Of a stretch of DNA of 64,000 nt, positions 21,728 through 33,174 are shown piece by piece. Numbering within the stretch: position 1 is the stretch's first letter; the number at the start of each line of letters is the position of its first letter. Source of the DNA: Mobula hypostoma (taxonomy: Eukaryota); NCBI RefSeq assembly GCF_963921235.1, contig NC_086097.1:81346001-81410000 (forward strand), in the 5' to 3' direction. The position numbers were made by a program, and so were the translations under genes. The notes beneath the pieces are model-generated. The model was not told where the DNA came from, made no database searches, and saw only the letters and a program-made list of their open reading frames with translations.

Positions 21728-24700
21728 CTGATTAGAGTACCGCGCAGATGCAACAGGAGCATTCCTGCATAGATCCAACAAAGAGCTTGAAAAAGCAGCA
21801 AGTTTTTCGACCGCAGTCATTGATTGGAGTACTGCGCAGACACAACAGAAGCGTTCGTGCACAGGTGTGACAAAGAAACCCAATCTCTATAAAAGAGAAG
21901 TACTGCCTAGCAAAGCGTCATCATGGGAGTGGTCATTATTGGAGTCGTCTGAGTCTGAGTAGGAAGGCTTTTGCTCAACGGGGCTTCGGCAATAACAGGC
22001 AGAGTCTAGGTAATTTCATTCCTCATTTCATATTCAACTCTGGAGATACTATGGGGCATATCTTCAGAACCAGTGTTCTGTTCTGGCTGTCCGATGTGGG
22101 ATTTCCAGGAGACTCCCAGCCTCCCTAATGGCCACATCTGTGCAGGTGTATCGAGATGCAGCTCCTTAGAGACTGAGTTAGGGAACTGGAGCTTCAGCTC
22201 GATGACCTTCGGTTTGTTAGGGAAAGTGAGGCAGAAATAGACAAGAGGTGCACGGAGGTAGTCACCCCAAGGCTACTGGAGACAGATAAATGGGTGACTG
22301 TCAGGAGAGGGAAAGGAGAACGTCAGATAGTGGATAGCACCCCTTGACCGTTCCCCTCAACAATAAGTACTCCATTTTGAGTACTGTTGCGGGAGACAAC
22401 CTACCTGGGGGAAAGCAACAGTGGCTATGCTTCTGGTACTGAGGCTGGCCCTGTGGCTTAGAAGGGTAGGGAACTGAAGATGATGACAGCAGTCATAGAT
22501 GGACTCTACAGTCGGGGGATAGATAGGGGATTCTGTGAACGCAAAAAGGAAACACAGATGGTAGTTTGTCTCCCGGGGCCAGGGTCCGAGATGTTTCTGG
22601 AGGCATCCACAACATCCTGAAAAGACTGGGTGAGCACCCAGAAGTCGTGGTATATATTGGTACCAACAACATAGGAAGAAAAAGGGAGGAGTTCCTGAAA
22701 AAATAATATAGGAAGTTGAGAAGGAAGCTGAGAAGCAGGACCTCAAAGGTAGTAATCTCGGGATTGCTGCCAGTGCCATGCAGCAGTGAGTATAGGAATA
22801 GAATGAGGTGACAGATAAATGCGTGGCTGAAGAATTGGAGCAGGGGGCAGGGATTCAGATTTCTCGATAACTTGTACCTCTTCTGGGGCAGGTGGGACCT
22901 ATATAAAAGGGGCAGGTTGCACTTAACTCCAAGGTGGGCCAATATTCTTGCAGGCAGATTACTAGAGCTGTTGGGAGTGGCTTAAACTAATATGGCAAGG
23001 GAATGGGAACCAGGATGACAGAGCTGAGGATAAGCCAGCAGGTTTACAAGTAGATGATGGGTGTAACATGAATGTAAGGAAGGACAAGCCAATGATCGGC
23101 AGGTACAAATGCAGACCAAGCAAAGAGCTAAGTTGTACCACAGAGCTAAAATTCATAAGGGCGAAGAATGCAGGACTGAATATGCTGTATTTAAATGCAC
23201 ACAGCGTTCAGAATAAGATGGACAAACTTGTTGGGCAATTAGAGATTGGTCAGTATGACATTATGGGCATCACTGAGTTGTAGCTGAAAGAAGGCCTTAG
23301 TTGGGAGCTTAACATCAATGACATACTTTTTATCGAAAGGCCAGGCAGGAAGGCATAGGCGGTGGTGCGGCTCTGTTAGTAAGAGATGAAATTACATCTT
23401 TAGAAAGAGGTGACATAGGGTCACAGAATGTTGAATCTTTGTGGATGGAGTTAAGAAATTGCAAAGGTGAAAAAAAAATTATGGGAATCATATAAAGGCC
23501 TCCAAAGAGTAGCCAAGCTGTGGGGTTCAGATTGCAAAGGGAGCTGGAGAAGGCATGTAATAAGGGTAGCGACACAATTGTAATGGGGGACTTCAATATG
23601 CAAGGGGCACGGGAAAATCAGGTTGGTGTTGGATTACAAGAGAGGGAATTTGTTGAATATCTATGAGATGGCTCTTGAGAGCAGCTTGTGTTTGAGCCCA
23701 CTTGGGGAAAGGCTATCTTAGATTGGGTGTTGTGTAATACCCTAGATCGTATTAGGGAGCTTAACGTAAAAAAACCCTCAGGAGGCAATGATCATAATAT
23801 GATTGAATTCATACTGCAATTTGAGAGGGAGAAGCATAAATCACATGTATTTGTATCACAATGGAATAAAGGGAATTACAGAGGCATGAGAGAGGAGCTC
23901 ATCCAGGTGGATTGGAGGAGGATACTAGCAGGGATGACGACAAAGCAGAGATGGCTTAACTATCTGAGAATAGTTCACAAGGTGCAGGATAGACATGTCC
24001 CACAGAGGAAGAAGTTCTCAAATGGCAGGGGAAGGCAACCATGGCTGACAAGGGAAGTTAAGGACTGCATAAAAGCCAACAAAAGGGCATATAAGGTAGC
24101 AAAAGTGAATGGGAAGTTGGATGATTGGAAAGCTTTTAAAATACAACAAAAGACAACTAAAAAAGCAATAAGAAGGGAAAAGATGAAATATGAGGGCAGA
24201 CTAGCCAATAATATAAAGCAGGATACCAATTTTTTTTTCAATAGATTTTCAATAGGTACATTTAATGCCAGAGAAATGTATACAAATCTGTATACATCCT
24301 GAAATACTTTTTCTTCAGTTATATAAAAAGTAAAAGGGAGGTGAGAGTTGATATTGGACCACTGGAAAATGATCCTGATAAGGTAGTTATGGGGGACAAA
24401 GAAATGGCAGATAAACTTACGGGGTACTTTGCATCTGTCTTCACTGTGGAAGTCACTAGCAGTGTGCCAGTGGTTTATGAGTGTCAGGGAGCAGGAGTAA
24501 GTGCCATGGTTATTAAAAAGGAAAAAGTGCTAAGCAAACTCAAAGATCTCAAGGTGGATAAGTCACCTCAATCAGATGGACTACATACCCGAGTCCTGAG
24601 AGATGTTGCTGAAGAAATAAAGCATGCATTGTTCATGATCTTTCAAGAATCACTTGATTCTGGTATGGTCCAAGAGGACTGGAAGATTGCAAATGTCACT

Positions 24701-25576
24701 CCACTCTTTTAAGAAGGGAGGAAGGCAAACAGAAGAAAATGATAGGCCAGTTAGCCTAACCTCAGTGCTTGGGAAAGTATTGGAGTCCATTATTAAGGAT
24801 GAGGTTTCGAGGTACTTGGATATTAATGATAAAATAAGTCAAAGTCAGCATGGTTTCTGTCAAGGGAAATCCTGTCTGACAAAATCTGGTAGAGCTCTTC
24901 AAGGAAGTAACAAGCAGGGTGGACAAAGAAGAGGCGGCGGATGTAATTCACTTGGATTTTCAGAAGGCATTTGATAAGGTGCCACACATGAGGCTGCTTA
25001 ATGGGATAAAATCCTATGGTGTTACAGGAGAGATACTAGCATGGATAGTGGAATGGCTGACAGGCAGGAGGCAGCGAGTGGAAATAAAATGGGCCTTTTC
25101 AGGTTGGCTGCTGGTAACTAGTGATGTTCCTCAGGGGGCTGTATTGGGACTGCTACTTTTCACATTGTTTGTCAATGATTTAGATAATGGAATTGATGGC
25201 TTTGTGGCAAAGTTAGCGGATGATATAAAGAAAGGGGGAGGGGAGGTAGTGCTGAGAAAGTAATGCAATTGCAGCAGGATTTAGACAAAATGGAAGAATG
25301 GGGGGAAAAAGTGGCAGATGGAATACAGTGTTGGGAAATGTATGATAATGCATTTTGGTTAAAAAAACAATAGTGAGGACTATTATCTAAATGGGGAGAA
25401 GGTTCAAACATCAAAGGTATAGAAGGGCTTAAGAGTCCTCGTGCAAGATTCTCAGAAGATTAATTTACAGGTCGAGTCTGTGATAAAGAAGGCAAATGCA
25501 ATGTTGGCACTTATTTCAAGGGGAATAGAACATCAAAGCAAGGAGATAATGCTGTATCTTTATAAGATACCAAGTC
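21728..25576 (+). mobile_element. CR1 LINE (copy B): 5' UTR, ORF1, ORF2, 3'-truncated and degenerate
   Basis: Two ~92-bp 5' monomers (21730, 21822); ORF1 remnants (GHIC, IGTNN); ORF2 LYLNAHS, GITE, GDFN, QHGF, DFQKAFDKVPH, PQGAVLG, LADD. Confidence 0.92.
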
Positions 25577-26347
25577 AGACTGTACATTCCGGCCCATACT
25601 GTTCAGCAGAACAACAATGACAAAACAAGCCCCTTCCCTCCCTCCCAATTACCCATCCACCCATTCTCACACATACAGACAATTCTCCAACGCAGGACAG
25701 GCTGTCCTCCACCCTCCATTGGACTCGCAGACATCCACCTCCAACCTTCCCAGTGAACACGCACAGCCAGGGCTTTGACCTCCAGAACTCCAGTTGACCT
25801 TCAGTCTTTAGTATCAACCCCACAACTCACCAATGACAATAACCCAAACTCTAGGCCTCCAGACTCACTGATGACGGACCCTGAACTCCAGGTTCGTCAA
25901 CTTGCATATCTAGTGGATCAGCAGCCCTTGCACCTCCTGCATGCACAGACCTCCGATCCTGCAGATCCCAAGGCAGCTCACTGACTTGGAAAGAGGATCC
26001 TCACTGGTCTTTGTCCACTGTGCTTGCAAGCCCAACATCCGTCCACAGATGTCCTTCATCCACATCTTCACTGACCATTGAATGCGGAGCGGAGACCTTG
26101 AATATGCCTTAACCCTATATTCCCATCCCTAAACCATAACCTGAGCCCCAACTCCCATCTGTCTCCAAAGCCATCCCTATGAACCGAAAAAAAAACAACT
26201 ACGTCTGGGCCATGGCCTTGATGGAAACCACAGCTCGGTGTCAGATTGACCAAACACACTCGTACTCACAGGCATTAATACCTCTGTCACATTCACTTCT
26301 TAGTCCCCTAACCTACTTGCTTGACACTTATGAATATATGGCTACCC

Positions 26348-27292
26348 ACAGCTGATGACAGCACTGTCATAGGCCGAATCAAAGGTGGTGATGAATCAAC
26401 ATACAGGAGGGAGATTGAAAATCTGCCTGAGTGGTGCCACAACAACCCTCACTCACTCAATGTCAGCAAAACCAACAAACTGTTTATTGACTACAGGAGG
26501 AAGAAACCAGAGGTCCATGAAGCAGACCTCATGAGAAATTAGAGGTGAGAGACTCAGCAACTGTTATAATTTTGGAAGACCTGTCCTGGGCCCAGCACGC
26601 AAGTGCAATTGCGAAGAAAGCAGAGCAGTACCTCCACTTCCTTCGGAGTTTGCGGAGATTTGGCATGACATCTAAAACTTCAACAAACTTCTGTAGATGT
26701 GAAGTGGAGAGCGTATGGAAACACCAATGCCCTTGAACAGAAAATCTTACAATAAGTAGTAGATACGGCCCTGTCCATCACAGGTAAAGCCCTCCCAATC
26801 ATTGAGTCCATCCACATGAAATGCTGTCACAGAAAAGCAGCATCCATCATCAGGGACCCCCCACCACCCAGGACATGCACATTTCTTGCTGCTGCCATCA
26901 GGAAGAAGGTACAAGAGCCTCAGGACTCACAGCATCAGGTTCAGGAACCGTTATTATCCCTCGACTATCAGGCTCTTGAACCAGGACAATTTCACTCAAC
27001 TTCACTTGCCCCATCATTGAAATGTTCTCACAACCAATGGACTCACTTTCAAGGACTCTTCATCTCATGTTCCCAATATTTATTGCTTATTTATTTATTA
27101 TTTGTTCTTCGTTTAGTATTTGCACTGTTTATTTAATGCCTTCTGACCCTGGTTCAACACCCTAGTTAGGCTGTCTTTCACTGATTCTATTATGATTATT
27201 CTTCTGCAGATTTATTGTGTATACTCAGATGAAAATGGTTGTATATGGCGACATACATATATTTTGATAATAAAATTTACTTTGAAATTTAT
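26348..27292 (+). mobile_element. Rex1/Babar 3' part
   Basis: [32 protein letters not shown]...LHFLRSLRRFG...; AATAAA tail. Confidence 0.85.
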
Positions 27293-27931
27293 TTGGACCT
27301 GCAATACTCTGAGAATTCCATATTCCACAAAGTTCAGACCTTGAGTGCATCCTTAATTACTAACAGCTCATCATTAGCAACTTCAACTACCTATATCAAG
27401 CTCTGGAATTCATTCTTTAAAGCTCTCTACCTCAGTACCCATTTCTCCTGAGTACCAGGGCCAATTAAACATCATTTTCATTTTTTTCAAATCAATTTTA
27501 TTAAGACAATCAGTTTAAAAATTGATCAATAATATTCTTAAGAAAGTGTCGAACTAACTTGTACCTGCAAGCTGTAGCCTTTTATACCAAACTGAGATAA
27601 CCATGAACAGAAGCTGATCTGGATTCCAGAGACACCAAAAATGACAATGGACCAAACTTGCAACAAAAAATTTGCAATGCCACAGTGTGGAATACTTAGT
27701 ACTGTCTTGCAGAGTTAAAGTGAGTCATTTTCTTGTCTTTCATCGATAAAACTTCTAGATGGTAGTAAATGGGATTACTGGGTATTTTCCATTTGATCTG
27801 TGAAGATGGAAAGCATTAAACTGTTTGTCACCTGTGTTCGAGTGGCACCAGGGTTCTTTCCAAAGCTGCACTAATTTAAGCTAGGAATACAAACGTTCTA
27901 AGCAAGAAATCAATATTTCCTTACTGTGCCA

Positions 27932-28052
27932 AACACAAGAAAATGAGCAGATACTGGAAATAAAAGAAGGTCTTGGCCTGAAACATTGACTGTTTATGCT
28001 TTTCCATTGATTCTACCTGGCCTGCTGAGTTCCTCCAGTATTCTGTCTGCGC
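27932..28052. mobile_element. Penelope-derived short element
   Basis: GAAGGTCTTGGCCTGAAACATTGACTG...TGGCCTGCTGAGTTCCTCCAG terminal motif. Confidence 0.6.
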
Positions 28053-28504
28053 TTCCTTACTATGGATTTGTTTCATTAAATCGATATGCAAGCAAAGTTA
28101 CTCACTGTGTACACTAAAAAGCAGCATAGTTTGTTATTTTTCTCTCATGTATCAAATCTGCAGCTCCGGAAACAAGAATGTGGAAAATGTTGTGCAACTT
28201 AATTAAATACAGTATACAAGACAAGCAACATATTATATTTTGTTACTTTAATCCCTGCTGAGCTACATTGTATTAATAACAACAATTAATAATTTTAACA
28301 GCAGGAAACAACATGACAAATGTCTGAAACCTCTCCCACTTTTCAAGGATAACGTGAGTCTGATTGATGAAACATACTGGAAACTTTAAGAATCTGCGGA
28401 ATTCGTGTCAAATTAAATATATTACTTTAGAGTCAGCAAACAATCTTGGCAAATGTTTTTTTTTCCTTCCAGCAAACTTGGAATCTGCTCTAATTTGCTT
28501 CCAG

Positions 28505-29790
28505 CACAACAGGTCCACAGCCACACTCTACCCTAGAACATCTGAATAGCAAAGGTGCATACATCAAGATGTTCTTTATGGACTACTGCTCAGCATTCAA
28601 TACTATCTTCTCCTCAAAACTAATCAATACGCTTCCAGAACTACTTTGGCCTCAGTACCCCCTTGCTCAATTGGATCCTTGATTTCCTCACTTGCAGAGC
28701 CCAGTCAGTTCAGATTGGCAACATCTCCTCCACGATCTCTATCAGCACAGGTGTATCACAGGGCTGCACACAGAGCCCTCTGTTCTACTTGCTTTACACA
28801 TATGACTGTGAAGCAAAGCACAGCTCCAATGCCAGATACAAGTCTCCTGACAACATCACTATCATTGGCCAAATCAAAGGTGGCGATGAATCAGCATATA
28901 GGAGGGAGATTGAAAACCTGGCTGAATGGTGCAACAACAATAGCATCTCACTCAATGTCAGCAAAAGCAAAGAGCTGATTATAGACTACGGATGGAGCAA
29001 ATCAGAGGTCCATCAGCAAGTCCTCATCAGAGGATCAGAGGTGGAGAGGTTCAATAACTTCAGATTCCTTGGTGCTATCCTTTCAGAGGACCTGTCTTGG
29101 GCCCAGCACGCAAGTGCAATTACGAAGAAAGCACAGTAGTGCTTCTACTTCCTTAGGAGTTTGCGAACATTTGGCATGACATCTGAAGCTTTGTGCATTG
29201 GAGAGTATATTGCTTTGTTGCATGACTGCTTGGTATAGAAACATCAATGTCCTTGATCAGAATATCCTCCAAAAACTAGTAGATACAGCCTAGTTCATCA
29301 GAAATAAAACCCTCCCCACCTTGGAGCACATCTACACAGACCACCGAGGTAGGAAAGCAGCATCCATCATCAGGGGACACCACCACCCACGGCATGCTCT
29401 CTTCTTGCTGCTGCCACCAGGAACAGAAGGTGGTACAGGAGCCTTAGGACTCACACTACCAGGTTCAGGAACAGTTATTACCCTTCACTCGCCCTATCAC
29501 TGAACTGTTTCCACAACCTACAGACCCAATTTAAGGCCTCTTCATCTCATGCTCTTGAGATTTATTGGTTATTTATTATTATTATTTATTATTATTATTA
29601 TTGTTATTATTTCCTTTTGTATTTGCACATGTGTTGGCTTTTGCATATTGGTTGTTTGTCTATCCTGTTGGGTGCGATTCTTCATTTATTCTATTGTGTT
29701 TCTTGGATTTACTGTGTATGCCTGCAAGATGATGACCCTCAGGATTGTATGGTGACATTTTTACTTTGACAATAAATTTACTTCGAAACA
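28505..29790 (+). mobile_element. Rex1/Babar RT and 3' end
   Basis: [61 protein letters not shown]. Confidence 0.9.
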
Positions 29791-29999
29791 GAGTTCACTC
29801 TCCTGGTATTGTTCATCTTGAAGAGATGGGGTGCTGATATTCCAGGTGCATAGGAATTTGAGCTTTTTTTAAACCAAGTATCAATAACTACAACCAACAT
29901 TTAAAGACTGATCATCTCCTTTGCTGAAAGAAGCAATGAAACTATACATTCTTCTTAGAGGATAAACCAAGCCTGTGCTGAAGAGATAGGAAGCAAAAG

Positions 30000-30400
30000 C
30001 CGGCAGATGCTGAAATCTGAAAGCAAGAACAGAAAATGCTGGAAAAACATCAATCAGACAGCAGCTCTGGGAAGAGAAAAACTCTATACTTCAGGTAAGA
30101 GATCCTTCATTAGAATTGTTCTGATGGATCATTACTTCTTTGAAGATGTCTTCAAGGCAAAAATACAGTTGCAGGCCTGAGTTATTCATTTATACAGCAC
30201 CGGATTGACTCTGACCAAGTCAGCAATATCTCAGTTTGTTTAATCTCTCAGCAAGTCAGGCAACACCTGTGCAAACAGAAGTGGTCAACATTTCTGGTCT
30301 GCGACTTCTAGTCAGTAAAAAGGATCCTCCACAGACACCACCAGTCAGGCCAAGTACCTGAGCATTTTCTACTTTTGTTTCAGATTTCCAGCACCTGCAA
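30000..30400. mobile_element. Two old Penelope-derived terminal fragments in opposite orientation
   Basis: GCAGATGCTGAAATCTGAAAGCAAGAACAGAAAATGCTGG (30003) versus AGCATTTTCTACTTTTGTTTCAGATTTCCAGCACCTGC (30361). Confidence 0.5.
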
Positions 30401-30449
30401 GATTATATTTATTTCTCATTTGCTCCCAAGACCTCAAGGATGTGGGCTT

Positions 30450-31297
30450 AGCCACTGCTCTACACCCTCTACACTCATGGCTGTGTAGCTAGGGACAGCT
30501 CAAACACCATTATTAAATTTGTTAATGACACCATGGTTGTTGCCAGAATCTCAGATGGCAACAAGAAGGTGTCAAGAAGCGAGACAGATTGGCAGGTTGA
30601 CTGGCCTTGCACTCAACGGTAATGGGTACACAGACCTAATTGTGGACTTCAAGAAGAGGAAGTTGGGAGACAGTCAGTCAGTCCTTATTCAGGGGTCAGC
30701 GGTGGAAAGGGTGAGCAACTTCAAGTTCCGAGGCATCTCCATCTCAGAGGATCTATCTTAGGCCCAATATATTGATGCAATCACAAAGAAGCCAGTGCCT
30801 CTTTTTTTGTAAGAAGTTTGAAGAGTCACCAAAGACTCTGGCAAATTTCTATGGATGTACCATGCAAAGTATTTCAAATGTTTACATCACCATCTGGTAC
30901 GGAGACTGCAATGCCCAGAATCAAAAGATGTTGCAGAGGGTTGTCGATTCAGCCAACTGAAAAGTCATAGCCCTCCGCACCATTGAGAATATCTTCAGGA
31001 GAAGGTGTCTCAATATGACAATATCCCTTCAGTAATGGCCTTCACCATGCTCTTTTCTCATTTGTCCAACCAGAGAGGAGCTATGGGAGCCTGAGTATCC
31101 ACACTCAGTGGTTAGAAGCAGCATCTCCCCCTTTGCTATCAGACCTCTGTACAGTCCATGAACACTACCACACTTTTCATCTTTTGCACTTTTTATTTTA
31201 TTCTTTTTGTAACTTGTCTTCATTTTTGATCTCTTGCACTGTACTGTTGCCACAAATTTTACAACATATGTCAGTGACAATAAATCTGATTCTGAAC
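30450..31297 (+). mobile_element. Degenerate Rex1/Babar 3' part
   Basis: LIVDFKKRK...VERVSNFKFRGISISEDLS; LANFYGCT...LQRVVDSA; GACAATAAATCTGATTCTGA tail. Confidence 0.8.
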
Positions 31298-31506
31298 ACT
31301 TATTTCTTCATTTAATTGCTCTAATAAACCAAAATTATTTTACCTGCCAGCAATTCTCTTGTGTGTCTAACTTTTCATAATAATTGAACAGCACATGAAC
31401 ATCTTTCATGCTCAAGACACAGTAAATTGTTACTTTGGAAATTTGACTTCACACAATATTACTTGCAGCATTCTAAAGTCATCTGAGAATTCAGGAAGAA
31501 ATTATA

Positions 31507-33174
31507 CAGTGGCATGCAAAAGTTTGAGCACCACTGGTCAAAATTTCTGTTACTGTGAATAGTTATATGAATAGAAGATGAACGGATCTCCAAAAGTCAT
31601 AAAGTTAAAGATGAAACATTCTTTTCAACATTTTAAGCAAGATTAGTGTATTATTTTTGTTTTGTACAATTTTAGAAAAGGAAAGGAGCACCATGCAAAA
31701 GTTTGGGCACCCCAAGAGATTTGAGCTCTCAGATAACTTTTACCAAGGTCCCTGACCTTAATTAGCTTGTTAGGGCTATGGCTTGTTCACAGTCATCATT
31801 AGGAAAGGCCAGGTGATGCAAATTTCAAAGCTTTATAAATACCCTGACTCCTCAAACCTTGTCCCAATAATCAGCAACCATGGGCTCCTCTAAGCAGCTG
31901 CCTGGCACTCTGAAAATTAAAATAAATGATGCCCACAAAGCAGGAGAAGGCCATAAGAAGATAGCAAAGCGTTTTCGGGTAGCCGTTTCCTCAGCTTGTA
32001 ACGTAATTAAGAAATGGCAGTTAACAGGAACGGTGGAGGTCAAGTTGAGGTCTGGAAGACCAAGAAAACCTTCCGAGAGAACTGCTCATAGAATTGCTAG
32101 AAAGGCAAATCAAAACTCCCGTTTGACTGCAAAAGACCTTCAGGAAGATTTAGCAGACTCTGGAGTGGTGGTGCACTGTTCTACTGTGCAGCAACACCTG
32201 CACAAATATGACCTTCATGGAAGAGTCATCAGAAGAAAACCTTTCCTGCGTCCTCACCACAAAATTCAGCGTCAGAAGTTTGCAAAGGAACATCTAAACA
32301 AGCCTGATACATTTTGGAAACAAGTCCTGTGGGCTGATGAAGTTAAAATAGAATTTTTTGGCCACAATGAGAAAAGGTACGTTTGGAGAAAAAAGGGTGC
32401 AGAAATACATGAAAAGAACCCGTCTCCAACTGTTAAGTAAAGGGATGGATCGATCATGCTTTGGGCTTGTGTTGCAGCCAGTGGCATGGGAAACATTTCA
32501 CTGGTAGAGGGAAGAATGAATTCAATTAAATACCAGCAAATTCTGGAAGCAAACATCACACCGTCTGTAAAAAAGCTGAAGATGAAAAGAGGATGGCTTC
32601 TACAACAGGATAATGATCCTAAACACACCTCAAAATCCACAATAGACTACCTCAAGAGGCACAAGCTGAAGGTTTTGCCATGGCCCTCACAGTCCCCCGA
32701 TCTAAACATCATCGAAAATCTGTGGATAGACCCCAAAAGAGCAGTGCATGCAAGACGGCTCAAGAATCTCACAGAACGAGAAGCCTTTTGCAAGGAACTA
32801 CTACTACTACTACGTCGACTCAGGCCTAGGGGGCTGGCGTCGGGCAAGGAAGAATGGGAGAAAATCCCCCAAACAAGAATTGAAAGACTCCGAGCTGGCT
32901 ACAGAAAGCGTTTACAAGCTGTGATACTTGCCAAAGGGGGTGTTACTAAGTACTGACCACGCAGGGTGCCCAAACTTTTGCTTCGGGCCCTTTTCTATTT
33001 TGTTATTTTGAAACTATAAAAGATGGAAATAAAAAAAGTAATCTTGCTTAAAATATTAAAGAAGTGTGTCCTCTTTAACTTTATGCCTTTTGGAAATCAG
33101 GTCATCTTTTACTCGCTTTTATTCACAGTAACAGAAATTTTGACCAGTGGTGCCCAAACTTTTGCATGCCACTG
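31507..33174 (+). mobile_element. Full-length Tc1-family DNA transposon (IR/DR type), 1668 bp, TA TSD
   Basis: TA|CAGTGGCATGCAAAAGTTTGAGCACCACTGGTCAAAATTTCTGTTACTGTGAATA ... near-perfect inverse ...CCACTG|TA; inner direct-repeat copies near 31692 and 32964. Confidence 0.97.
31880..32956 (+). pseudogene. Tc1 DD34E transposase with one stop (32438-32440) and a 54-bp in-frame insertion
   Basis: GRPRK, WADE, QQDNDPKH-34 aa-SPDLNIIENLW; ORFs 31880-32440 and 32456-32956 are in the same frame. Confidence 0.95.

Noticed and set aside
28100..28165. Possible 53-nt - strand exon (CTGCAG|ATTTG...TACACA|GTGAGT; LIHERKNNKLCCFLVYT)
   Set aside because: Splice-like sites of this quality arise by chance in 64 kb; too short to support without expression data.
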